From the human T2T-CHM13v2.0 reference genome, Homo sapiens: a stretch of DNA of 64,000 nt. The position numbers were made by a program, and so were the translations under genes. Below, one piece after another: positions 1 through 12,450 of the stretch. Under the pieces are notes generated by a model. It did no database searches, had not been told where the DNA came from, and saw only the letters and a program-made list of their open reading frames with translations. Location of the stretch: the NCBI RefSeq assembly GCF_009914755.1, contig NC_060938.1; one strand, given 5' to 3'. The first letter of the stretch is position 1, and every line of letters begins with the position of its first letter.

Positions 1-1769
1 CAACTCCGGAATCCTGGCCATAAGTGGTTCCCCAGTGCATGACCCTAGAGGGCAGAGAGTTTTCAGGCAGAGTCCTGGAAGGTTCCTCAGAAAAGGAGAC
101 ACCTGTGCAGGTGGACATTGGAGAAGGGTGGGCAAGTCATGCAGGGGGGTGGGAGGTGCCCCAGAAGCAGTGGGTGGAGAGGGTGCACTTCCAGCCTCTG
201 GGCTGGCAAGTGCCATTTCCAAAGCTGCTCTAAGCAGGGTGGGCACTGGACTCAGTGCCCCCATAGCCCCGGGGCTGTTGGGCTCGCACGCCAGCCTGGA
301 GGGGCCTTGAGCGAGAGGGTCCCCAGAGAGGGGCCTGGCTCCTGATGCCCTCAGGAGGGAGTGAGCAACTGCCGGGCCTCGCGCCCTGTCCTCACCAGCC
401 ACAGAGGGTGGGCGCTGTCATCAGTATGCATGGGTTGAGTGCCTCCCACGTGCCAGCCCCTGCCCATTCAGGACGCCCAGGCCTGCCCTTCGGGGCTCCC
501 AGGAGCCAGACCCAGAACTGGGCACACAGTGCAGAGTGAGCTGTGGCTGCGGGAGCGGTGGTGGCCTGGACCCTGTGTGGCAGGTGTGGGTCGGTGTGGA
601 GTGGGGGAGTGGACGGGCCTTTCTGTCTCAGGAGCTCTGCGCACTGCCCACTCCTGGACACTGGAACTTAGCCTCGAGAGAAGTCGCTTCCCGAGGTGGC
701 CAGCGGGTTGGCAGCAGACAGGCTGGGTGCCAGGTGTGTGCACCCCGGAGCCAGCGGGTTGGGCCCTGCCCCCGGTGGGTCATCAGTGAACAAGGAGGGG
801 CACAGTGGGACCAGCCTGCTGCCCTGCCCCAGCAGTGGCCTTGCCAGCCCATGGGCCCTCCCCACGCGGAGCCTCTGTGCCCAGGGGAGCCTGTGTGGCC
901 CAGCCCGGTAGCCAGGACGAGGGCGTTTCAAAGTCAGGCCGCCTCCAAAGCAGTGGCGTTGGTGGGAGGGAATAACTTGCTCCCACCAGGCTGAGAATAG
1001 CTCAGAATTGGGTCACGCTCACCGAGATCTCCGGTCACAGCCTCCAGCCTTTGACAATAATCAGCTTTCTCCCCGACATCTGTCCCTTCAAAGAGGGGGC
1101 AGGCCAGTGCAGGCACTTCTAGAAGCAGCAAAGCAGAGGGGACGGGAGTGGGGAGGGGCGTCCTCACCTCCTGGCCCCCCATGGCAGGCCCCCTCCCTCC
1201 CATGCTCCCACCCCATGCTCCCTTCCGTGCCTCAGGTCCCACCAGCTTCCCGCGCAGGGCCAGGTAGGGGAGCAAAGCACGGCAGTGCCCCCTGACAGAT
1301 GAGGACACCAGCTAGGGGCTGCGGGGAGGGTGGCGCCTGTGCCTGGCCCTCTGGTGCTCTGCCACCCATGCCCCTCAGCTCCTGAGACTTAGGGGCCTGC
1401 ATGCCACTGCCCCAAGCCGCCCTCCTCTCGCCCCTCCCGGTCTGTCCTGGGCTCTTCTAACGTGGTTGAAGGGCATGGGTCAGAGCAGGCCGTCCTGCTC
1501 CGCCAGGCTTTTGGGGGCTTGTTTCCCCCAGCCCAGGACTTCACCCCGTGTCTTGTTTCCTATCCATTTTCCCGTGTCGGGCCCTCCTCATCCCAGAGCA
1601 GCCTTGAGAGGGCTGAGGTGGGTGGTGTCACAGGCCCTCAGAGCCTGCATCTGTGCTGTCACCTGCGTATGCTGCCACCAGGTGGGTGCTGAAGCCATCC
1701 TCGTAGCAGCATAGTAGGTGCCTCCTGCACAGAGAGATAGATATGCCTACCACATGCCAGGCACGCTGA

Positions 1770-2090
<321 letters not shown>

Positions 2091-2195
2091 TGGTTCTTTA
2101 ATCTTTAAAAACCCACAAGGCAGTTCCCGTGTTCTAGGTGACGACACCATTGCTAAACTTTAGCCACAGGTATGTTCCTGAAGTGCCCGTGACAC

Positions 2196-2342
2196 TAAGC
2201 ATCTCAAGATGTGGCCCCTGGACCGGCTGGTCAGCGTCGTCCCCACCCCACCCCTGCTGAGCCGAAACTCCAAGGCAGGGCCCAGGGGGCCCCCTTTCCC
2301 CAAGCCTCCAGGTGCTCTGGTACTCAAATTTGAGAATCACTG
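2196..2342. mobile_element. Degenerate MER5A-like (hAT-Charlie) MITE
   Basis: Ends resemble MER5A termini (TCTCAAGATGTGGCCCCTGGACC ... AAATTTGAGAATCACTG). Highly diverged. Confidence 0.55.
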
Positions 2343-2924
2343 CTGGAAGACCCGGGAGTCTCGCAAACATTTCTTTTTATTTCTTAAATAAAAACCCCCG
2401 TTATTAACTGAAGCGGCAGCTCTCTGGCAGCTTCCTGCAAGCAGCTGGTTGATCCTCTGAGGCTGCACTGTCAGTTGCAGCTCAGTTTCACCCGGTGTGG
2501 CTGGACTGTCTGCTTCTGAGCCCCAGACCCTGTCGCTCCCTGCTGCTCCCCTGTGAATGCCCTCGTGCTCCCAGAGAGAAACTGAGGCAGCAACAGCAGG
2601 TAGCTGTGCGCAGACCCCGCTGGGCCCCAGTTTGAATAAACCAAATGTCTTTTACAAAATAGGACAGTTGGGAAGCTTGAAGCTTGAGTGGCCGTTTTGT
2701 GAGTTTAAGGAGTGGCCACATTTGCGAGCATGCTGACAAAGTGCTGGGGAATGACAGGGTGGCTGAGATCCAACTCTGAATAACAGGGTTGGGGAGGAAG
2801 GGGAGTAGACCTCAAACCAGGCTGGCCACAGACTCCTGGGAGCTGCGTACAGGATTCTTCACACGATTCTGCTGGTGCATTTCTTTGACAATTTCCAAAA
2901 GTTTTTATTTTTGAAAAAAGGAGA

Positions 2925-3030
2925 CTGGGTGTGGTGGCTCATGCCTGAGGCCAAGATGGGAGGATCGCTTGAGCCCAGCCTGGGCAACACAGGGAAACCC
3001 TGTCTCTACAAATGATTAAAAAATAAAAAA
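2925..3030 (+). mobile_element. Alu monomer (FLAM/AluJ left arm)
   Basis: GGGTGTGGTGGCTCATGCC...GGAGGATCGCTTGAGCCCAG...CCCTGTCTCTACAAA followed by an A-rich tail. Confidence 0.75.
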
Positions 3031-6000
3031 AGGAGAGATGCCCCAGGCCAGTGGCCAGCACTGGTAGCTGGCAGGACCCAGCCTGTCACCCAGGGTGCTG
3101 GCATGGCACATGTAGGCTGAATGCAGTCCGGGGCCTGGCCCCTGCCTGGAAGCCCTGGGCCTGCAGAGACACGGGCCCTGCAGAGGAATGCTGGGCCAGC
3201 TGTGGGCGGGGGGCTGGCCATGGATGGGGTGGGGACAGTGGGGGCGACAGGCACAATAGACATTCTGGGTGCCAGGCAACGGGGAAGCAGACGCTTCTTG
3301 GCGGGGAAACCCTGAGGGGCCCAGGCCACACCTGTCCCTCAGCAATGTGGCGTGCACCCCCACCCTCAGGCCATTGAGGCTCACTGGCTGCCTGGCCCCT
3401 CAGGGTGAAGGGCAGCCACCCTCCTGGTGGGGCTTCAACACTCCCTGATGCCAGCCCTCACCCAACTGAGGACCTGGTCGGAGGGTGCCTCGATGGCTCC
3501 TGCAGCCCCGAGCTCTGGCCTGCTCACCTCTTCGTGGCCTCTGTCTCGGGGCCGCCGGCACTCCCCGCCTCTCCTGCCTCTGACTGTGCCTGCCTGGCTG
3601 GTGCCCCCAGGTGTAGGCAGGCCCTCATGGGGTTCAGAACAGGGCTTGGAGTTCTGGTGGAGCCTCCATCCCCTGCCACCCCTCTCCTGGCCCCAGACTC
3701 AGTAGCCCCCAGCCCTGCCAGCCAGGCTCTGCCAGAGCCACAGGGCCCCTGTGGCTGTCCCTGTCCAGTGGCTCCCTTCAGGCTCCACATCCTCCCCCTC
3801 CGTGGATGGCCCTGCTAAGGAGCTCTGGGCCCAGCTGGTGGCCAGGAGGAGGGAGGCTAGGAGGTCGCCGTGCCCGGTGGCCTTCCCCACCTCACAGACG
3901 GTTCTTGAGCTTCTGGGCACAGCGGCCAGCCCTCGCCCTCCCCCAACACACGCCCTCCGTCCCTCTGCCTCAGCCCCTGCCTCTTGCCCCAGCCCTGAGG
4001 GTAGAGGTCGGACCCCAGCTGCTGTCTGCAGTGGCACCCAGGGTCCCGGCTAAAGCACACATTCCGTGTGGGCCAAGAGTGTACACAGTTCCTTTCCGTC
4101 CTGGGTGAGCCAGGCGTACAGTAGGCGCTCCGTGAACACACAGTGGAACCCGCCGGGCAGTGCCGCCACCCTCCGGTGGTCTCAGCCCCCGCTGCTCTGT
4201 TTGCATGGCTTTTGCCACTCTGGTCTCTGCCACCCGTTCCTCGCTGGCCTCACTGGGCCCTTTGCCCCACACCAGGAGGTATCCAGTGCCCTCCATGGGG
4301 AGGGACGCCTCCTTTGTGCTCTGCCTGGGGAAGGCAGGGAGGCTGGGGCAGGGGCGGGTCCCAGCCCTACCACCCTGGGCGGGGCTTTGGCCAAAGGCCT
4401 TGCCCTCTCTGAGCCTCAGTCCCCTGCCCGTCCCAGGGGTACCCTCAGGAGCTCCCGAACTGGGCTCGTGGGAGTCTCCTTGAGGCTGGCATTGGAAGTG
4501 CCCAGGAGTGCCCCAGGCCTGCCAGCCCCTCATTCCACCGCGTGCACGGCAGGGAGGCATGGTTTTAGCAGCTGGTCCACACGTCTGGATGGTTGCCCCA
4601 GAGCCCCCATCACCAGGGTCACACTGCCCAGGCAGCTCCTAACACCTCAGGTTCCTCACCCCTTCCTGCAGCTGCCGTCCCCACCCCCAGAAGCCTGCCT
4701 GCCTCTCCTGGGGACCCGGGCGGACAGCTGGACACAGCCCCTCCCCCTCTGGAGGGGCTGCCCCTCAACAGGTGTTGCCACTTGATCAGGAGCAAAGTCA
4801 GGGTTGGGGTTGCTCCTGCTGCTCCCCCGCTCTGTGCCCCGCCTGGGATGGAAGCCCAGGCTCCTCCAAGGCTGAGCTGGGGCCCCTCAGCGTCTCTCCT
4901 GGGGACAAAGAGGCAGCTGCCAGCAGGGCGGGGCAGGGAGGGCGGCCTTTGTGTGCGCCAGGCCCCTCCTGGTGACCTCACCACCGGCCGGAGAAGGGCC
5001 CTTTCTTCCCAAAGGCAGCCGTTGGGAATCCGCCTGGGGACAAAGCCGCTGCCAGGCAGGGGACCAGCGAGTGGCTGGCTCCCCTCGTAGCATAAATTAG
5101 GGGGGGCCGAGGTGGGGGAGGGGACGGCAACTACTCTGACCCTGGGAGAGGGTCACTTGGTGCAAACAGATAACCAAGCCCCCAACTTACACATGGGGTG
5201 CATGGGGCCGCCCCTTCAAGCTTCATTCGTTCATTCAGCCCATTCCTTCATTCTGCAGATGGCTGCTGGGCGCTGGCCCAGGCAGGCCCTGTGAGGGCCC
5301 TGGGGACACAGAGGGGATGCATCTGATGGGTGAGGGAGCAGTGGGTGAGGGGCGGGGGTGCCCAGTCTGGAGGGGGAACTAGGACAGACGAGTCAGAGCT
5401 GCCCAGAAGCCCCAGGGCCTGGGTTGGGGCAGGCAGGAAGATCCCTGCTGAGCATGGTCACCTAGCAGGTCACCCAGCAGGGCAGCGGCCACAGCCGCCA
5501 AGCCCAAGTGCACGCAGCAGGCCACCCCAGGCCTCCAGGAGAGCTCAGGAAAATATCTGATTTTCAATGCGTGGTGTTGAGTGACACCCACCCCCCATGT
5601 GTGGCCAAGGGCTTCCCGTCCCCAGGGTCCAGGTGACCCACAAAGTGTCCTCACAGCCTTGTTGGCCCTCGGCCTGGCTTCCTGGCCCCCCGCAGGACAC
5701 TGTTCCCCCCCCACCACCTCCCTGTACCCTGTCTTGAGGCCTAGGGCCTAGTGGCCCAGGGTGGCCAATGCAGAGAGCAGTGTGGCCAGCACAGAGAGAC
5801 AGGTGGCCTGAGAGTCCCACAGATGTCCACTGCTACTCAGGCCCAGCTCCCAAGGCCTGTTCCTCTGCCTCCCAGGCACTGGGCACGTGCTCCATCCCCA
5901 AGGCACTGAGCACATCAGGCCAGACCACGTGGGCTTCCTGCAGGAGGAGGCAGCAGGCCCAGGTCAGGCTGGGTCCGGGAGGCAGGCACGGGGTGTGCTG

Positions 6001-6404
6001 GTCAGCAGGGCTCACTGCCAGGCCCAGAGGTGTCCTGGCCATGCGGATGACAGAAGGCCAAGTGCGTAGGGCAGAGGGTGTGAAGGGCCTCGTCCTGTGA
6101 GCAGGGCATGCGAGCAGCTCCTGGCCTGACCTCCAGCCCCGACACCTGAGGCCTGAGCTTGCCTTGCAGTCATCAGCAGAGCCAAGACTCCCAGATTTCC
6201 GGGGCTGGGAAACCGTCAATGCCTTACAGAGCCACTAGGTCCACAGCTGCCCAGGGCGGGGGGCACCTGCTGGGTGCTGGACCTCCCTGCACCCCGTCTT
6301 TACCTCCGTGTGTGGATGGGCAGGAGTGTCTGCAGGCCTGGCCCAGGCCAGGAGGAGGCCTGAGGCTTCTGGGGCACCGAGCGACCACAGGCCGGGGTGC
6401 GTGG

Positions 6405-6474
6405 CTCCCCCAGGAGCTCCAGAGGCCCTATGCCCCCTCCCCCAGGAGCCCCAGAGGCCCTATGCCCCCTCCCC
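6405..6474. repeat. 32-bp tandem duplication
   Basis: CAGGAGC(T/C)CCAGAGGCCCTATGCCCCCTCCCC starts at 6411 and again at 6443. Confidence 0.9.
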
Positions 6475-6716
6475 TGCAGCGAAGCGAGATGGGCGGGGGC
6501 GGGTGTAAGTAGGACAGCGCTTTGTGCGCGTTGCTATGGCGCCGCCGCCGCCCGTGCAGGCTTCCTCTGGGCGCGTTCCCAGGACGCAGAGCCTGCCAGT
6601 TGGCCCTCCCAGCCCCTGGCAGGGCCCCATCCCAGTCGGGGGGCCTCAGAGCTTTCTCCACCCACAGGCTGCTGGGGGGCAGACTAATTGTCCCACTTCG
6701 TTACACCCTCAAACCC

Positions 6717-6850
6717 GCAGCACACATGTGCTCACAGCCACGCAGCACACACGTGCTCACAGCCACGCAGCACACACACACACACAGGAATGTGCACATG
6801 CTCACACATACATGTACACATGCCACACACATGCATACACCCCACAGCCA
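6717..6850. repeat. CA-rich low-complexity repeat with internal duplication
   Basis: GCTCACAGCCACGCAGCACAC occurs twice, followed by (CA)n-like tracts. Confidence 0.8.
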
Positions 6851-9800
6851 CAGGCAGGCGCTCAGTCCTTAGCGTGCCCTGGGGCTGCAGCCTCCAGGTT
6901 CACACCCAGGCCCCAGGGGCCCCAGGCCAGTGCGCGGCCTCCGAGCAGAGCACACGTGGTGGTGGGCATGAACGTGCAAGGCCAGGGGCTGCCCCATCTC
7001 AGCCACCTGCTGAGACTGAGAGGTCATTGCTGACCTTGAGGAGGAGGCTGGGGGCCTAGAATTCAGAGGACAAGCCAACCTGAACCCTACTCCCCACCGC
7101 TGGGCCTGTGGGACAGACTCAAGGCCCTGTGCTGGGAGGACTGGGACTTCTGATGCCGGCGAGCTGAGGCTGGGCCCTTCCTGCTGGGCCAGCGCCTCGC
7201 CGGCCACTGGATACCAAGCGCCCCATTGGATGCTCACAGCCCCACAGTGGGGTGAGCACCACCAGCCCTACACGCAGGACAAAGTGGCCTAGAGATGGCA
7301 CGGAGGGGGCCGGGCAGCGACGCTTTGCCGGGGTGTGGCAGGAGGGTATCTGTCTCTTGAGGCACAAGAGGCCTTGGGTGGCCCAGCCTGGCTCCTGTTG
7401 TCAGCTGATGTCACAGGGTGGAGAACCTGGGTGTCCGGGGAGACAGATGGCCCCGGGTTCCCTGGCTGCCCTGAAACCTGCTGATGACGACCCCACCAAG
7501 GGGCGGGACGGCTTCCTTGCACTTGGCGTCCTGGAGAGGTGACGGGCTATAGGCTGCAGGGTGGGAATGCAGGGAACACCCAGGCCCTCTCTGAAGACCA
7601 CAGCTGGGCCCTCTGACCCATGCCTCAGCCTCCAGCCCAATGGCACAGAGCTGGCCGAGGTCCTTGCCCCACGCGTGCCGCCACCGGCTCCTGAGGGGCC
7701 GGTGGACAGGGACCCGGCGGTCCCTTTACCAACAGGAGGCCCATGGCTCTTGGCACTGCCGCAGAGGCTGTGGCTTCCTCAGGAGCACATCTGTCCTTTG
7801 GGGTAAACGCTGCTGCCTCTTAGAATCTGAGGCCCCTGGGACAGGCTGGAGCTGAGGCTGACAGGCAGGGCCCTCGTCACAAAGCCGCTGAGTCCCCCCG
7901 AAGCCCTCCTGAGCGCGGCGCTGTATGAGAGGTACCCAGAGGTGCTCTCAGAAGGCAGGGCTGGGTTTGGGGCAGGGCAGGAGTGGGTACCGAGAGGCCC
8001 CAAACAGCTTCCTGAGGGAGAGGGGGCTTCACAGAGGCAGCTGCCTCAGTGACCCTGTGGCAGGTGTGTCTGCTGGCACCGAGGTCTTTTAGGGCAATGA
8101 AGGAGAAAGGGCAAGACAGGGAGAACTCGGGGGCATAAAGGCCAGGGCGCGGGGGCCTGGCTTGTTCCTGCAGCTGCAGCGACATGCGCCAAGGCTCGCT
8201 GTGGGCAGAGGTCTCCGCCACCAAGAAGCGAGGCTGGAGGGCAGGCACTGATTCTCCATCACCACACCCAGAGCCCCCACTGGGACCAGCGAAGCACAAG
8301 GCAGCCAGTGCCACAGCCCCACACCCCGCCCGCCAGCTGCCCTGTGTGGTGTGGAGGCGGCTCCGGGGGCGGCTGTTCACAGCAGTGACCCCCGCCTGCT
8401 GCACGGCCACTTGAGCTGTCCTGGCTGCTGCCAACGCCACTGTGAAGTATGGTGACCCCATTGGCCAGGGATGGGGTCAGCACCCACGGACGTGGTCGGG
8501 GAGGTCACCAAAGCCTTCTTGCCGGAAGTGGCATTTGGCTTGGGGTGTGGAAGAGGAGCACAAATTACCCAGGAGGGCCGGGCCAGGGTCCAAGGAAGGG
8601 CCACCTGTGCAGAGACGCAGGGCTGATGGCACAGGCCTTGCCCACAGGCCCTGCCACGGGGAAGGACAAGCCCCTGCCAGCCGGCTGTGAGCCACCACCA
8701 TCCTGATGACAGACCCACACCGGCAGGCAGGGCAGGCTGCCTGTGGCAGAGTTAGGGGGGTTGGGGGGCGTAGGTTAGAGACTGCCAGATCTGCTGGGGA
8801 TCCGTACCAACCCATGATGGTAGCAGGTGGTCACTGGATGCCCCGCGCAAGCGCCATCCACCCCCAGAACAGAAGCGCAGCTCAGGCGATGCCATGGCCA
8901 CCTGTCCACCATTGGCCAGGGCAGGTGCACCTGGCGTGGCCCAGGCAGGACCACTTCTGGTGTTCTGGGCTCGGCAAAACCTGGCCTTGGGCGCCACCTG
9001 GTGACCAGACATGGGAGAACCAAGCAGGCAAGTGGGGGCCTGGAGGGGCAGGTGCGTGGCGTTTGGGGGACCTCCAAGGTCAGGGAGCCACGTGCTGTGC
9101 AGGTGAGCCACCCTGCAGGCCAGGGGCTGTGTGGAGGGCGGCAGGTAGCAGGGTCTGTCTGGAGTCCTCCCTCCACCCAGCCTGGCCAGTGCGGATGCTG
9201 AGCTGTGTGGGGCCCATGTGCACTGGGACTGGTTGAGGGAACAGGCCAGCCATGGTCCCCACTGCAGCAGGGACAGGCCTCGCACGTTCAGCTAGAGGCA
9301 CCCCCTGGGGCGGGCTATCGGGTCTGCCCTGGCACAGACCTACTGCCGGTGTGGGGTCCATGGCAGTCACTGGGCCAGACTTGGTGGGCTGCTGTGGGGC
9401 AGGCCTTGGGGGGCTCCCCAAAGAGAACCCAACCCAGGGGAAGCCTGGGACTGGTGCTGTGCTCTCTGTGGGAGCCACTGATCTCCAGGATGCAGTCCTG
9501 CCCCTGTAGGGGCCCGCTGCCCCAAGGCTCTGTGGGATCTGGCCCTGCAGACTCTCACCTGCCTGCCAGGCTCCAACCTGGGGGTCCTTGCTCCAGCCGT
9601 CCAGCCTGCACACTCTTCCCCAGGCCCCCATGGCCTGCTCCACAGGACCACCTGCATAGCCACATTGGTGCTGGGATGCCTGCTTTTCCTTTCAGGGGCT
9701 GGGTCAGGATTAAGGGCTGGAAGATGCCCTTTCCGGGGAGATGAAACCAGGATGCAAGAGGAAGGGGCACACACGCCCAGGAGCCCCAGGCTGCCAAGAG

Positions 9801-9914
9801 CACCCTGGGCCTGCTGTGGCCATCTGCAGGCAATGCCCAGACCAGACCACAGCTCAAGAAGGCAGCTGGGCGCCTCGCTGCCCCACGCCTGCACCCTGAC
9901 ATCCCCAGCACGTT

Positions 9915-10899
<985 letters not shown>

Positions 10900-12388
10900 T
10901 GAGCCAGGTGCTGCTCTAGGTACTGGGGATACAAGCAGGAACGGAACAAGTTTGGCGTCTTCAGGGTCTCAGGTGGCGGGGCCCCTGGCATCGTGCTAAG
11001 CCCTCTGAGGACGATGAGGCAGGGTGGGGCAGAGCGCAGGCACTGTGGTTGGAGACTGACTGCAGCTGACATCTGGCACGTGGTGCCCGCTGGGGTCCAC
11101 GTGGCCCACTGGGCTCTCTGGCTTCTCTGAAGCCAGGCGTGGCTGCTGGTGGTCAGAGGATGGCTTGGTCATGCCAGAGCTGGGACACAGCACAGAAGCC
11201 AGTCCTTCCTGTGGGAATGGCCATCAGGTGGCCTGGCCATGAGGCTGTTTCTGCCCGTGACCCAGCACCAGACAGCGGCCGTTCCACTCTCACCCTCTCT
11301 GGGTGACTGGTACACCCAGAGACAGCAGAAGGGAGAGGGACCTCAAGGAACCCGGCTGGCCCTCCGCATCCATTTCTGTCCCTGTGAGCAGAGCCCTGGT
11401 GCCTCTCTAGGCCCAGCCTGCCCAACCTGGGAAGGGCTGGCCTGGGACCCAGAGGCGGGAAGATGGCTCTGTCCTGGCTCCCAGCCACACTGAGCCTCGG
11501 GCACCATGCCCTTCTGTCAGCCTGCAGATGCTTGCTGGGCACCCTCCCTGCCCCAGGCCTGGCAGGAAAATGAGGTGACAGAGGCGGCCCTGGGGAGCTC
11601 CTTCTGCTCACCTGGCCACCCCTCACCTAGGCCAGAGCCAGATCCCGGCCCCGCCTGACCTTGCCCCGCAGCGGCCTCTGCAGGCGCAGGGCCTCCGAGC
11701 TGCCAGGACACGGCTTCTGGTCTTCTTCCTCCCTCCTGGTCCACGCAGCAGTCCTGGGTGCCCCACCCCACACGGCTATGGCCCTCTGTGGGTCTGCCCT
11801 TCCCAGCCCTCACCAGTCTGTGAAAGCACTGGGGATGCGGCGAGTTCACGTGCCCGTGGGGAAGGGGCCAGGAAAGACACCAAAGTGGTAAACCGCAGGA
11901 ACATGAAGCTGTGAGGGCTGGTGACGCCGGGCGGGAAGCCAGGTGGGGAGGCAGGCTGGTGCGTGGCCTGACCCCACCTCGCAGCCGGGAAACTGAGGCA
12001 CACAGAGATGTCTTGCACATGTCAGGGCCCCAGGTAGGTGGTGGCAGGAGTCTGGGACCTTGGGTGGGCCTCACCAGTCACACAGCCTTGGCTGACCTGT
12101 CTGTCCTCCCATCCAGCCAGAGGGACACAAAGACCTCTTTGTCTCTCCACCCTTCCGCCCAGAGCCTCCCCAGCCAGTGCAGCTCTGAGCGTGTCCCCCA
12201 GGGAGGGAGACAGCCCCTGGTGGGGACTGGCAGTCCTGGCAGCTGCCCTGAGGCACAGGCCCTGGGGGACTCGGTGCTTTGAGGGCAGGGGCAGGTGATG
12301 GAGATCGGCTGGGGAAAGGGAGGCCGAGAAGGCGGCAGTGTGGAGCGTGTGAATTTGTTCATGAACTTAGCTACAAAAATGTCTTTTC

Positions 12389-12450
12389 CAGTGTCACAGC
12401 TCTTCTAGAATTTGACTAGCAGGTTTTCCGATTTTTACTGGAAAGCCCTT
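12389..12450 (+). pseudogene. RNU7-160P: Processed U7 snRNA pseudogene
   Basis: CAGTGTCACAGCTCTTCTAGAATTTGACTAGCAGGTTTTCCGATTTTTACTGGAAAGCCCTT matches U7 (HDE-binding 5' end, Sm site, 3' stem-loop). A-rich tail at 12452-12478 and degenerate TSD AAAAATGTCTT / AAAAACGTCTT. The symbol number is from memory of the locus. Confidence 0.88.

Noticed and set aside
6511-6521. GGACAGCGC resembling a REST/NRSE site
   Set aside because: Only the right half-site is present; the TCAGCACC half is missing.
8750-8780. TTAGGG-containing G-rich stretch
   Set aside because: A single unit, not an interstitial telomeric array.
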